Below are positions 8,370 to 18,729 of a DNA stretch of 64,000 nucleotides, piece after piece. Below the pieces are notes generated by a model. The model saw nothing but the letters and a program-made list of their open reading frames with translations, was not told the DNA's origin and ran no database searches. Origin of the DNA: Nitrospirota bacterium. GTDB taxonomy: Bacteria; Nitrospirota; UBA9217. The stretch covers positions 64,001-128,000 of the forward strand of contig CAWJQQ010000003.1 of NCBI GenBank assembly GCA_963845065.1, read 5' to 3'. The translations under genes were made by a program, and so were the position numbers. The number at the start of each line of letters is the position of its first letter. Position 1 is the stretch's first letter.

Positions 8370-9539
8370 ATGTTTTATACTCAGGAACAGAGAAATATCA
8401 TTTCACAACTCTTCCCCGGGCAGGAAAACTACCACGAACTGCTCGAACAGATGGGAAACTTCTTTGAGCACGAGATAGAGCCAACGGCGAAGATGATCGA
8501 CCAAAAAGAACTCTTCCCAAAACAGAATCTGGAGAAACTGGCTGTTCATAGTATTACGGCCCTCCCGTTTTCTCCGGAGCACGGAGGACGGGGGCTTCCG
8601 TTGCCTGTTTATATCACTACGCTGGAAATGCTGACTAAGGCATGCGCCAATACCGCAATTCCGCTCTCGATCCAAGGCATGAGCTGCGAAGGTATCCGTT
8701 TGTTCGGTAGTGCCGCTCAGAAAAAGGAGTTTCTGTTGGAGAGAGGCCTTATTAAGGGGAAGAACCTGATCGCTTTTGCCCTCAGCGAGCCCTGCTGCGG
8801 GTCAGATGCAAAGGCCATCCAGACAAAAGCCTGGTGGTCAGGGACGCACTACGTCTTGAACGGCGACAAAATGCTTATCTCCAACCCCGGAGAGGCCGAT
8901 GTAATCCTGATTTTTGCGAGGACGGACAAGGGCATCTCGTCCTTTCTCGTACCGCAAGAAACGCCGGGATGTAAGGTCACGGCGATATTCCCAAAGCTCG
9001 GGGTCAGGGGTAATAAGCTCTCAGCAATACATCTCGAACAGTGTGTCGTACCCCGGGAAAATCGCCTGGGAGAAGAAGGAAAGGGAATGGAGTACGCAAA
9101 ACATATCCTGAATTACGGGCGACTTTCTATAGCTGCAATGGGTATCGGCATTGCTCAGGCAGCATTCGAGAAGACTCTATCGTACAGCAGGAAGAGGATG
9201 GCCTTTGGCAAGGGTATCGGGGATTTTGAGCTTATTCAGGAGAAGATTGCAAACATGACGACAGAAATTCAGGCTGCTCGGCTCCTTACGTATCATACCG
9301 CTGCACTCAAGGACAAAGGAGAAGACATTGCCTGCGAAGCCGCGCAAGCCAAGCTTTTTTCGTCGGAGATGGCACAGCGGGTATGCGACGCTGCTATTCA
9401 GATCCATGGTGGATACGGTTACATCGATGAATATGATGTCCATCGCCACTGGAGGGACGCAAGAATGCTTTCCATCGTCGAAGGCACGTCCGAGGTATTG
9501 CGAATCCTTATTGCCCATCAGGTCTTAAAGAGTGGATAA
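8370..9539 (+). CDS. Acyl-CoA dehydrogenase
   Basis: AFALSEP..GSD, QIHGGYGY and RDAR...IVEGTSE motifs. Confidence 0.93.
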   Translation: MFYTQEQRNIISQLFPGQENYHELLEQMGNFFEHEIEPTAKMIDQKELFPKQNLEKLAVHSITALPFSPEHGGRGLPLPVYITTLEMLTKACANTAIPLSIQGMSCEGIRLFGSAAQKKEFLLERGLIKGKNLIAFALSEPCCGSDAKAIQTKAWWSGTHYVLNGDKMLISNPGEADVILIFARTDKGISSFLVPQETPGCKVTAIFPKLGVRGNKLSAIHLEQCVVPRENRLGEEGKGMEYAKHILNYGRLSIAAMGIGIAQAAFEKTLSYSRKRMAFGKGIGDFELIQEKIANMTTEIQAARLLTYHTAALKDKGEDIACEAAQAKLFSSEMAQRVCDAAIQIHGGYGYIDEYDVHRHWRDARMLSIVEGTSEVLRILIAHQVLKSG

Positions 9540-9708
9540 GGTAAGCCATAGCGGATTAAATAAAAATATGCCCCTGCAAATATTGGGTTCAGTTGTACCG
9601 CTTTATCGTAATCATTGATAGCTTGCTAATAGTTTCCTAAATCGGAAAGGGTACAAATGTATGCAGTGCCATACAGAAATGATAAAAGGGGATGGAGTTA
9701 CCCCCAAA

Positions 9709-11659
9709 CCCATCTTCTACACCTGCCAAAAAATAACTTCGCTAAAACAACATGATAAGGGCATCGAAAAGTAGCGTGGCACCACACCCTGCCATATTAT
9801 TCCAACTCGATTATGATGACGAGATTTCAGCACCATTTACCTTTTGTGGTATCACGACCTTTGGCGGAATCGCCACTCCTGCAGCCTGAAACACCTTTCC
9901 CGTATCGCCTTTTAATTCGGTCCTTAAAATAACTTCCTTGCCGTCGCTTGTAATCGTGATCTGCTTCAGTTCCTCTAGGTCCCGGAGCATTTCGCCCCAC
10001 TCAAGCTTCTGCTCATTGCGGCTATCCAATCGCTCCTGTAATTCCTTCATAAGGACAAGCGCAAGAAAACTACAGAAGACATGGCCCCGAATCGTCTCGT
10101 CGCATTTATGATAAATCGGGCGCGTCGTCAGCACCGTTTTGGTGCTCCTGAAGATCTGCTCCACCATCCACAACTCTTTGTACGCGAGCGCAACCTCGCG
10201 CGCAGGCATGGGCATTGATGTCGTGAGGACCCACTTACCGTCATACCGTGCTTCCTGTTGAACTTTTTCTTCATCGATGACAAAGGCACTGCTGAAGCTC
10301 TTCACATATTTACGATACCCTTTGTTGCCAACCAGGCTCTTGCCTCCCTGCTTCAGTTTCTCCCGAAGAGATGCGATGATGGCTTCTCTATCGGCGGCAT
10401 CTTTCTTCCGCTGGTCTTCGTTAACGCACACGATATAGCGGCGTTCGCCTACCATGACGTTCTTCACTTTGAGCGGGGATGGGGCTTTACTCTCCTTGCT
10501 TTTAGGATAGACCTCTTCGTATTTCCCTCCGCGGCTCAAAACCTCTTCACTCACTTCCTTCTGCCGCCGCATCCTCGCTCCCAGAATGTAATCGATCTTT
10601 CGCTCATGCAAGTCGGACAGGGTCTTTTCGCTGATCATTCCCCGGTCTGCCACTATGCACGCCTGATTGATGCCGAAGCGGAGCCTCAGCCGGTCTATGA
10701 TCGGCACGAGCGTCTTGACATCGGTTGTGTTTCCGGGCCACAACTCGCAACAAAGAGGTTTCCCGTGATGATCGATGATTGCGCCGACCACCATCTGCTT
10801 GAGATCGGGCCGGTGGTCCTTGGAATGACCGTATGCGCCTATATCCTCGCCGCCCTCTCCTTCAAAGTAAATGCTCGTGGTGTCGAAAAAGACCAGCCGT
10901 AGATCGGCGAATAAATCTCGCCTGCGTCGGAATAGCTCTTCTTCGATCACATCCTTGGTGCAACGGGGAGAAAATCCGGTGGCCCCTTCCTGATCAGCAT
11001 TGGAAAGGGGTTCGCCGAGCCATGCCATGGCCCGGTATAAATGGTGCAAATCGATTCCAGCGGTTCCTTCTATCCGGTAGCCAAGGCACCATTGTTCAGC
11101 GGCACGATCTGAACCCGATACGCTCAAACGGTGCAGCACCGTAAGATAAATCGCCCGCTCGATGGAAAATTGATGTTTGCGCTCCCTGGCTGATGCCTCA
11201 AGCACTTTCTGTATTCCCAGCTCTTTCCATAACCGGCCGAATATCATCGGCAGGCCGATGCGCCTGGAATCCGTTTCAATCGCTTCTCCCTGTTTATGTG
11301 CGTCGATGACCGCGATCTGGTCGGAAAACTTGAGCCCAGACCGCAGCAAGCTATCAAATGCTCCTGTTTCCTTGAGCGCATCGAGCCGTCCAAGCGTGGC
11401 GATGACTTCCTGCTTCACCTTGCCTTGGTCGCGGCGGTTATGAACGATCTGAAGGTATTCTCGTGATTCGGAGCGTTTTACCCTGAAGAACATAGCACCA
11501 CAAATATATCATAATAATTATTAATTGCAAGTTATTTTTATATTAACGTGGCACTACATTTTGACCTGTTTTCCAAAAACGTTTTTTGTAACCCTGTGAA
11601 ATTAAACAACTCCACTCGCGCAAACAGTCCTTTTCTCGGCGGCAACTGTAGAAGATGGG
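9709..11659 (-). mobile_element. IS1634-family element, copy 1 (1951 bp)
   Basis: 13-bp IR CCCATCTTCTACA / TGTAGAAGATGGG; 5-bp TSD CCAAA at 9704-9708 and 11660-11664. Confidence 0.93.
9811..11493 (-). CDS. IS1634-family DDE transposase
   Basis: 560 aa; FFDTTSIYFEG, GHSKDHRPDLKQ, VADRGM, YKELWMVEQIFR, RPIYH. Confidence 0.92.
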   Translation of the reverse strand: MFFRVKRSESREYLQIVHNRRDQGKVKQEVIATLGRLDALKETGAFDSLLRSGLKFSDQIAVIDAHKQGEAIETDSRRIGLPMIFGRLWKELGIQKVLEASARERKHQFSIERAIYLTVLHRLSVSGSDRAAEQWCLGYRIEGTAGIDLHHLYRAMAWLGEPLSNADQEGATGFSPRCTKDVIEEELFRRRRDLFADLRLVFFDTTSIYFEGEGGEDIGAYGHSKDHRPDLKQMVVGAIIDHHGKPLCCELWPGNTTDVKTLVPIIDRLRLRFGINQACIVADRGMISEKTLSDLHERKIDYILGARMRRQKEVSEEVLSRGGKYEEVYPKSKESKAPSPLKVKNVMVGERRYIVCVNEDQRKKDAADREAIIASLREKLKQGGKSLVGNKGYRKYVKSFSSAFVIDEEKVQQEARYDGKWVLTTSMPMPAREVALAYKELWMVEQIFRSTKTVLTTRPIYHKCDETIRGHVFCSFLALVLMKELQERLDSRNEQKLEWGEMLRDLEELKQITITSDGKEVILRTELKGDTGKVFQAAGVAIPPKVVIPQKVNGAEISSS

Positions 11660-11827
11660 CCAAAGACAAATGTTATTGCTGCCATGTGGACAGAACAGAA
11701 AAGTACAATGATTTTCAATTCGTTCATGAAAAGCATGTTGTTCAAAAAAACAGATTGACTGCCTGTGATGTCATTCAAGGATAGAGCATGGAAAGATTGC
11801 TATGGCAGAAAAGATACCTATGCTTAA

Positions 11828-11920
11828 GTGATAAAGCTTTACCAAGTGAGACATTTAAGTAAAAGATTTCAGACCATGATGACGGCAACAGCCTTTGCTG
11901 AAGAGGGAGAGTTTAATTCA
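11828..11920 (+). pseudogene. Truncated small protein with MxAxAFAExGE motif
   Basis: GTGA overlap with the cytochrome stop; reads KRFQTMMTATAFAEEGEF, then runs into the antisense of the response regulator. Confidence 0.4.
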
Positions 11921-11957
11921 GACAGCAAACTAAACATAGCCCTATTTCTATTGGTTT

Positions 11958-12416
11958 TTATTGTTCTTTTTTTATTATTTTCCTTGCTTCATCAATATCT
12001 CCTCCTTGAGCAAAAGCAATTGCTGTCATAAATCTTGAAAGCTTTTCCGAGAAAGCTTCTTTTATTTTGGCAAGTAATAAATCTATATCAGCAGGTTTCC
12101 TGAGGAAATCAAACCCTCCGAGTTTTTTTGCCTCTTCCTCGTCCTTATCTGTGCCATGCCCTGTCAGGATAATAACTTGGATTTCTCGTTTCATCTCTTT
12201 AATCTGCCGAAGAACCTCTATTCCATGGAGTCCTGGCATCTTCAGGTCTAGCACTATGACATCAGGCTCTATTTCCTTTATATAAGACAATGCCTGTTCT
12301 CCATCATAAACAGTATCTACTAGTAACTTTCTCATCCTGAGTCTCTGAGCAAGCGTATTCACAAAAGCTACTTCATCATCAACAAGCAATACCTTTATGT
12401 CTTTATTTTTTTTCAT
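11958..12416 (-). CDS. Response regulator (REC) with C-terminal MTAIAFAQGG tail
   Basis: LLVDDE, VLDLKMPG, ILTGHG and KP motifs. Confidence 0.92.
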   Translation of the reverse strand: MKKNKDIKVLLVDDEVAFVNTLAQRLRMRKLLVDTVYDGEQALSYIKEIEPDVIVLDLKMPGLHGIEVLRQIKEMKREIQVIILTGHGTDKDEEEAKKLGGFDFLRKPADIDLLLAKIKEAFSEKLSRFMTAIAFAQGGDIDEARKIIKKEQ

Positions 12417-12533
12417 TGGTTACTCCTTCAAATTAGTTTTGCTAAAATTTGGCTGCCAATAGCGCTTTCCTATTTCGTTTCTTCAAGTTTAATCCCAATT
12501 TATATGAAAATCGTAAATTTATCATACATATTT

Positions 12534-13208
12534 TCAGCTCCTGTTACTGCTAGACAACAAGGAGACAGGTAGTATTATCGTCGTTTCATCTGCAGTTTTC
12601 TGAGAAATGTTCCCCCCCAACTGTTTTATAGTATGATTAAAAATCTCGTCTTTGCATATCACCTCCTCATCTGTTTCTATCAAATTTCCCTTAGGAATGA
12701 TAGTGATTCCAATTGAGTCATTTGCATACGCCGTTTTGATAATAATCCTGCTGTTTTTATCAAGCTTCTTTAGATGCTTTTCAACAAGGCAAAATATAAG
12801 AAATTGAATCTTCAGTGGATTACTATAAATTAATGGCATGTTTGCAGCAAAGTCTTTTTCAAGATATATCATTTTCTGGTTTATAAATCTGTTTAGCAAG
12901 ACCATAAGTTCTTCAATGCTATTATGAATATTGAAGGCAGATAAGTGCTTCTCCATTCCGTGTCCAAAGCCGTTAAGTTTGTCACAGAAATATGTTGTTT
13001 TTTCAATTTGATTTTTTATGGATTGGGTTATTTTTAGAATCTCCTTTAAATCCTTTCGAGACGATGCTTTCCCTAACTCTATAATATCTCCTATCAATCC
13101 AGCTGACTCTTTTAAAATGGCAAGATGATTATTGATATCATGAGAAAATGCAGCTAAGATTTTCCCTATGAAACTAAATTGAGGGGTAATTAATTCGTCG
13201 TATTCCAT
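12534..13208 (-). CDS. Sensorless histidine-kinase-like protein (HisKA with degenerate ATPase domain)
   Basis: H-box FSHDINNHLAIL; no recognisable N/G1/F/G2 boxes. Confidence 0.7.
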   Translation of the reverse strand: MEYDELITPQFSFIGKILAAFSHDINNHLAILKESAGLIGDIIELGKASSRKDLKEILKITQSIKNQIEKTTYFCDKLNGFGHGMEKHLSAFNIHNSIEELMVLLNRFINQKMIYLEKDFAANMPLIYSNPLKIQFLIFCLVEKHLKKLDKNSRIIIKTAYANDSIGITIIPKGNLIETDEEVICKDEIFNHTIKQLGGNISQKTADETTIILPVSLLSSSNRS

Positions 13209-13218
13209 ATATTAACTC

Positions 13219-13602
13219 TTATGAATGTTTGCTTAAATTTCGTTTCTCATTGGCGTTGTTAATTTTTACGATTAATTTACTGATATCTACTGGTTTAATT
13301 ATACAATCAAATGGTCCGGTCGGAATTCCTTCACCAGTTCCCTCTGTTTCTGGTTGACCTGTTATTATAATAACTTCTATTGTAGGATCAAATTTTTTGA
13401 TGGTTTTAAGAACCTCAAGGCCACCAATTCCAGGCATCCTTAGATCGAGTAATACCACATCTGGAGGATCACTTTGTGCGGTAGTAATTGCATCTTCAGC
13501 ATTAAATACAGCCTTAACATCATAATTGCGGAGGGCCAATCGTTCTGCTAATGTTGATGCAAATTCCGCCTCATCATCTACTATAAGAACCTTTGTGCTC
13601 AT
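13219..13602 (-). CDS. Single-domain response regulator
   Basis: LIVDDE, LLDLRMPG and KP motifs. Confidence 0.92.
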   Translation of the reverse strand: MSTKVLIVDDEAEFASTLAERLALRNYDVKAVFNAEDAITTAQSDPPDVVLLDLRMPGIGGLEVLKTIKKFDPTIEVIIITGQPETEGTGEGIPTGPFDCIIKPVDISKLIVKINNANEKRNLSKHS

Positions 13603-15317
13603 GTTACTTGTCCTTTAGTCAATTCTGAATTTGTTGGTATCTCCACAATAAACGTTGTTCCTTTACCTCCCTCACTCTCCAAAAAGATATTACCGCCCAA
13701 ATTCTTTACAATTCCGTTCGTTATGGAGAGGCCAAGGCCCGTTCCTTTCCCCTTTCCTTTAGTTGTAAAGAAAGGTTCAAAGATATGTTTCAGATCTTCA
13801 CCTGAAATTCCATGCCCATTGTCTTTAATAGATACCTTAACCATGTTTTCATCCTTTATATCTGTAGAAACAGCTACAAGACCTCCATTTCCAACAGCAT
13901 CTATAGCATTCTTTATAATATTCAGAAATACCTGTTGAAGCTGCCCTTTATCGCTCCTAACCTCTGGAAGATTCTCTTTGAGGTTTAGCTCTAAACGGAT
14001 ATTCTTGTATAAAATCTCTTTTTCGAGAAATACGGTTACATTTTTTATAATATCATTGAGGTTTAAGATTTCGATAGAGACTTCCGTTTTTCGTGCAAAT
14101 CCTAAAATGCGATGGGTAACTGTTCGGCAGCGATTTATGCTTTCAAATATCGCATCCAGTAATTTTAAAAACCTCGTCTTATGCTTAAAATCGTCTGACA
14201 TTTCAAGAATGTCTTTCATTAATCCTGCCTTTTCGTTGATTATGGCAAGGGGATTATTTATTTCATGTGCCACGCCCGCTGCAAATAGTCCAAGTATGGC
14301 AAGTTTTTCAGTTGCTATAAGTTGTGCCTGCTTCTCGCCTAATTTCCCGACTGCCTCTGCAACGGCATTTTCAAGAATACTCTTTGCAAACAGTATTTTT
14401 TCTTTCATCTGGTTAAATGACATTCCAAGGGAAGCAATCTCATCCTTCCCTTTGGCCTCTATCGTCTCTGAGAAATCTCCCATAGCAATCTTCTTCGTTA
14501 TCTCTTCCAGCCTTTTTATAGGATTAGCTATATTTCTTGAAAGTTGTATTGTTATCACCGTTCCTAATACTATCATTATAAACAGTCCAAATATAGCTAG
14601 TTTAGCAACCATCTTAAGTGTTAAGCTTATATATTCCCTCTCTTTCGTTGACAGCTTTTCTGTGAGGGACTGTATCTCTTTTGCTTTTGATCTCATTTCA
14701 TCTTCCAAGTCTTTTTCATATTGATACATTTCATAGTGGCTATGAACAAGAAGACGATATTTTTCAATCTCTTTGTTGCCTTCGAAATTTAGGGGCTTAA
14801 AAGATTTAAACACCTCGAACACTTTCTGGTCATTGTACAGCATGATATTTTGTTCATACCTTCTTAGAATCAAGAATTCATCAAGTTTTTTTCCCCTTAA
14901 ACTTTTAGCAATTTGATTTCCTGCAGCTCTTATCATAACTATTAATTTTTCTTGTGATGTGAAGTTGTTTGTCAGATTATTAACATAATCCCCGTATTCG
15001 GTTATTGTCTTTTTCAGAATGATATAATTATCTGTTTCTATCGCTTTGATTATTTCAACCTTGATGCTATCTATATTCTTGTTTAATGCAAGGAGATATT
15101 CTCGCATCTCTTTAAGACTTTCTTCATTCGTAAACAGAAAAAAATTTTTTTCACTCCTCCTTACCTCAAGGACCTCATTGTTTATATCATCCACAACTTC
15201 AACATAGGAGAATCTCATGGTGATTGCTTGGATCTCCTTGTATGAAAAAAAAACAAAGATAATTGCAGTGAATATGTAAAGGCTAAAACCGAGAAGAAGT
15301 TTGTCTCTTATTTTCAT
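13599..15317 (-). CDS. Membrane sensor histidine kinase with HAMP domain
   Basis: Two TM helices, [36 protein letters not shown]. Confidence 0.93.
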   Translation of the reverse strand: MKIRDKLLLGFSLYIFTAIIFVFFSYKEIQAITMRFSYVEVVDDINNEVLEVRRSEKNFFLFTNEESLKEMREYLLALNKNIDSIKVEIIKAIETDNYIILKKTITEYGDYVNNLTNNFTSQEKLIVMIRAAGNQIAKSLRGKKLDEFLILRRYEQNIMLYNDQKVFEVFKSFKPLNFEGNKEIEKYRLLVHSHYEMYQYEKDLEDEMRSKAKEIQSLTEKLSTKEREYISLTLKMVAKLAIFGLFIMIVLGTVITIQLSRNIANPIKRLEEITKKIAMGDFSETIEAKGKDEIASLGMSFNQMKEKILFAKSILENAVAEAVGKLGEKQAQLIATEKLAILGLFAAGVAHEINNPLAIINEKAGLMKDILEMSDDFKHKTRFLKLLDAIFESINRCRTVTHRILGFARKTEVSIEILNLNDIIKNVTVFLEKEILYKNIRLELNLKENLPEVRSDKGQLQQVFLNIIKNAIDAVGNGGLVAVSTDIKDENMVKVSIKDNGHGISGEDLKHIFEPFFTTKGKGKGTGLGLSITNGIVKNLGGNIFLESEGGKGTTFIVEIPTNSELTKGQVT

Positions 15318-15620
15318 GATGTATTACAGGATGACGACCCAACTAAAGCTAATGTTTTGCAGCAACTTCCTGCATCCTTCATAGTGTTCCTATCCCTTTA
15401 AAATTGCATTGTACATTTTATCTAATATTTTTATCATCCTCACTAACCATTATAGCGTATACCTTCCATGCTCAGGTCACCTTTTCAGTGAGGAATTACT
15501 TTTTCAACGGTAACATCATTTTCTCGTTATGCATGAGTTTCAAACCCTTGGCAAGGACATATTTGCCATCGTTCACCGTCATAACATCTCTCCTGAAACT
15601 ATTCATGTTACACTCTTCTT

Positions 15621-16484
15621 TTATTTCACTATCAATACAGGGCATGGTGCGTTGAGCATTACTCTTTCCGTAATGCTGCCTATAATAGCCCTATTAATAC
15701 TGTTCCATCCGTGAGTCCCCCTGATGATTAAGTCATTTTTCAGCCCTTTCGCTTTCTCAATGATCTTTTCTGCTTCGTCGCCTTCCGAAATTTCAGTATT
15801 TATCTTCACACCATGCTCCATTGCGATTGTTTTTGCCTTTTCCACAATGTCCTCTGCGTCACGGCGGAGATTTTCCTTTATAGAGTTCGATGAGATAAAT
15901 TCTATCATTTCTTCATATCGTGGGATGACATAGAACACCCTGATTTCCGAACCGTCAATCTTTGCTAATTCGCACGCGCGTATCAATGCCTTTTTGCTGA
16001 ATTCCGATCCGTCAAAAGAAACGAGGATGGACGCATATTTTCCGGTGCAATTATCACAGGGGTATTTTACAGTTAGGATATCGCAAGGGGAGTTTACGAT
16101 GACCCTCTGAGTGACACTGCCTAAAAACAGTTTCTTTAAACCTTTTCTCCCGTGAGTACCTATGGCAATAAGGTCCGCATGCCTTGCGTTTGCAACGTTC
16201 ACAAGGACATCATGAGGTTCACCCTCACAGATCAGCACCTCAAGTTCTCCTTTAAAACCAAACTCCGCCGATACCTTTTCCTGCATTTGATAACATACTT
16301 TTCTACCCAACTCCAAACGTTTTTCACTCAGGCCAGGATCGATTACGAATTCTTCTGAATTAAAGAATACGGAATGCACCAGAACCGCCTTACCGCCGTG
16401 TCTCTTTATCCAGCGGGAGGATTCTAAAAGCGCAGCCTTACTACATTCGGAATCATCGTAGGCTACAACTATATTGTCATACAT
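15621..16484 (-). CDS. Tandem-domain universal stress protein
   Basis: Two USP domains (GTHGRKG..LGSV; GTHG...IGSI). Confidence 0.92.
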   Translation of the reverse strand: MYDNIVVAYDDSECSKAALLESSRWIKRHGGKAVLVHSVFFNSEEFVIDPGLSEKRLELGRKVCYQMQEKVSAEFGFKGELEVLICEGEPHDVLVNVANARHADLIAIGTHGRKGLKKLFLGSVTQRVIVNSPCDILTVKYPCDNCTGKYASILVSFDGSEFSKKALIRACELAKIDGSEIRVFYVIPRYEEMIEFISSNSIKENLRRDAEDIVEKAKTIAMEHGVKINTEISEGDEAEKIIEKAKGLKNDLIIRGTHGWNSINRAIIGSITERVMLNAPCPVLIVK

Positions 16485-16689
16485 ACTAATGCGTACCTCC
16501 CTTTTTCTGAAAACCTGTCGAACACCGAAACTAACAATAAGGGCCGCGAGGTATAGATTATTATTCCATATGCGGCCGCATTGTTTTTTGCCATATCGAC
16601 AACGCTATGAGGTTCTTTACATCAACACAAATTTCCCATAATAAACAATTAGTAACGTTGCACAGAGAGCCAGTCTAGAGGGATCGCCC

Positions 16690-17106
16690 TTAATGACCTC
16701 CTGACTTTAGTACACCCGACGCGGCAAGCATCAGAATTAAAACCTCTAAAATTCCGATGATGCCGAATACCATATCTTTCTTTCTGAAAAATATCGGGAT
16801 GATTCTGAGAAAACAGGGGATCGTCACTCCAGCAAGGAACGCTATGCCGACGAAATTAAGAAAATCGCCTTTGTCGAGCATGTACACCCATGACCAGCCA
16901 CGATGAATATGGGTAGCTGCAAGATATTTATTTGCCGGCATACTCCAGTATTTTGGAAGGTCATTAACCGGAACATGCGCTGGAAGTATTCCGCTCAGGT
17001 AAATGATGAATGTAACAATAATGATGAGCAACCCAGCTTTGACTCCAATTTCCAACACGTTAGCGTATGCAAGCTGCTCCTCTGTTGCCTTTACGTTCTT
17101 ATCCAT
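16690..17106 (-). CDS. DUF1634-like membrane protein
   Basis: Three TM segments, GDFLNF motif, C-terminal GGH; directly downstream of the TauE gene. Confidence 0.7.
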   Translation of the reverse strand: MDKNVKATEEQLAYANVLEIGVKAGLLIIIVTFIIYLSGILPAHVPVNDLPKYWSMPANKYLAATHIHRGWSWVYMLDKGDFLNFVGIAFLAGVTIPCFLRIIPIFFRKKDMVFGIIGILEVLILMLAASGVLKSGGH

Positions 17107-17161
17107 AAAATTGCTCCTTATTATTAAGCTGTGTATTGCCGTGATTTCATTATTTTTTATT

Positions 17162-18127
17162 TCATATGCCCAGTCCCTTAAGCACTGCCCGCACCCCAGA
17201 AAAAAGGAGTATTGCTATTACAATGTACCGCACCGCAGTTGGTTTTGTTTTTGCCAACATTCTGACTCCCACAATAGATCCTAGCATAATGCCCACAATA
17301 GAAGGAATCACCATCATCGGTAATACTGCGCCGTTATTGACATAAATCCAAGCCGCCGAAGTATCAGTAATGGAGAGCAGGAATTTGCTCGTTGCAACAG
17401 ACACCTTTAAGGGCACTCCCAGCATAAGGTTGAGCACCGGTACATTCGCCCACCCGGCGCCAAGGCCAAACATGCCGGCCATTACCCCGACGAGAACAAA
17501 CGTAGCCAGGCCCTGCGGAGTCCTGTGTATATGCCAGCTAACTTCTTGACCGGATGACATCTCATAATAAATTCCGTTTATCCTGAGCGCTGTCGAAAGA
17601 GCATCAGGCTTTTTGACTACTGGATATACCGACTTTTTTGCTATCAGCATGATGCCGACAATACCCAAAATAGCAACACCAAGTGCAGTCTGGACTACAT
17701 TCGTAGGCAACGCTAGCCCCAACATGGCCCCGACAATAGCGCATGCCGATGCTATAAGCCCCATAGGCAGCGCCAGACGCAAATCAGCCATGTTTTTTTT
17801 CAACAGGCCCGGACCGGCTGCCAGTGCTCCGGACAGCGCAACAAGAAGCCCTGCGCCCCTTACAAAATCAAGATGAAAGGGGAAGAAACCCGATATTATG
17901 GGCACAAAAAGCACGCCACCACCGACACCACCTAATACGGCAACGATGCCCATTAAGAATGTAATTATAAATAATAGCAACGGCCACAACCACCATGGGA
18001 CATTCGATGATGCCACAGCCGCCGTTTCCGTAGTTGCATCGGTTGATGCCATTGCGAAGCCTGAGAAAGAGAGAGCAACCAAGGTAATTGTAAAAAATAA
18101 TATTAGTGCTGCTGATCCTCTCGTCAT
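17162..18127 (-). CDS. Sulfite exporter TauE/SafE (TSUP) family protein
   Basis: GVGGGVLFVP and GMFGLGAGWANVP repeats; multiple TM segments. Confidence 0.9.
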   Translation of the reverse strand: MTRGSAALILFFTITLVALSFSGFAMASTDATTETAAVASSNVPWWLWPLLLFIITFLMGIVAVLGGVGGGVLFVPIISGFFPFHLDFVRGAGLLVALSGALAAGPGLLKKNMADLRLALPMGLIASACAIVGAMLGLALPTNVVQTALGVAILGIVGIMLIAKKSVYPVVKKPDALSTALRINGIYYEMSSGQEVSWHIHRTPQGLATFVLVGVMAGMFGLGAGWANVPVLNLMLGVPLKVSVATSKFLLSITDTSAAWIYVNNGAVLPMMVIPSIVGIMLGSIVGVRMLAKTKPTAVRYIVIAILLFSGVRAVLKGLGI

Positions 18128-18729
18128 TGTTTTATTCCTTCCTTCTATCGTAATTGTAATTACTCGGCTCTTAATTCCTTAGCTGTTGTCAGATCTTTGG
18201 TTTTTGTCGGCAGAAGACCACTCTGTTTCTCTCACCTAACTTTCGTTCATGATACTTAGTTCAAATAAAAGCATATTACCCACGTGGGCAAACATCGATG
18301 TTAACAATCGAATATAATTAACGACATTCCTTACCTTAAGATTACCTGCGGTTTTGCAGCATGGACTCTTAATGTGGATATTATAACATAACAGCAATCT
18401 TTTTTATCTTCAATATAAAAATAAATTTTTGTTTTCCAGCAGGGTTTGACATTATATTAGGGGTAAACCTGACGTAACAAATGTGGCTCAATTATCGCAG
18501 TAATTCACCCTCTTTCTTTGCACTTGCTATGGCTTACTTTACGTCAGTTATGGACGTGCCGGTTAGATTAGAAGCGGATTCTAATCCTGAGTCCTGTTTT
18601 ATTGCAAATAAGGCGATCCTGAACGTATCTGAGATAAATACCAAACCGTTCCTTCCCATGTTTACCTTTCTAAAGCGTCATTGAAGCTCGTCTGCCCACC
18701 TTTTGCCAAGACGCTTTTAAGAGTTGGCG

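Larger units (their letters stand above)
9640..11831 (+). pseudogene. Multiheme cytochrome c C-terminal fragment, split by IS1634
   Basis: Removing the IS and one TSD gives KCMQCHTEMIKGDGVTPKDKCYCCHVDRTE...VHEKHV (frameshift) IDCL*CHSRIEHG...MLK*. Confidence 0.7.

Noticed and set aside
10258..11443. Plus-strand ORFs inside IS1634 (and other antisense ORFs over thiolase, kinases, SulP and pil genes)
   Set aside because: Shadow frames of well-supported genes on the opposite strand.
16575..16595. Sigma54 promoter upstream of the USP gene
   Set aside because: GG-to-GC spacing is 11 nt rather than 10.
18481..18684. 67-aa ORF or a stop-interrupted minus-strand frame
   Set aside because: No recognisable family; could not be supported.
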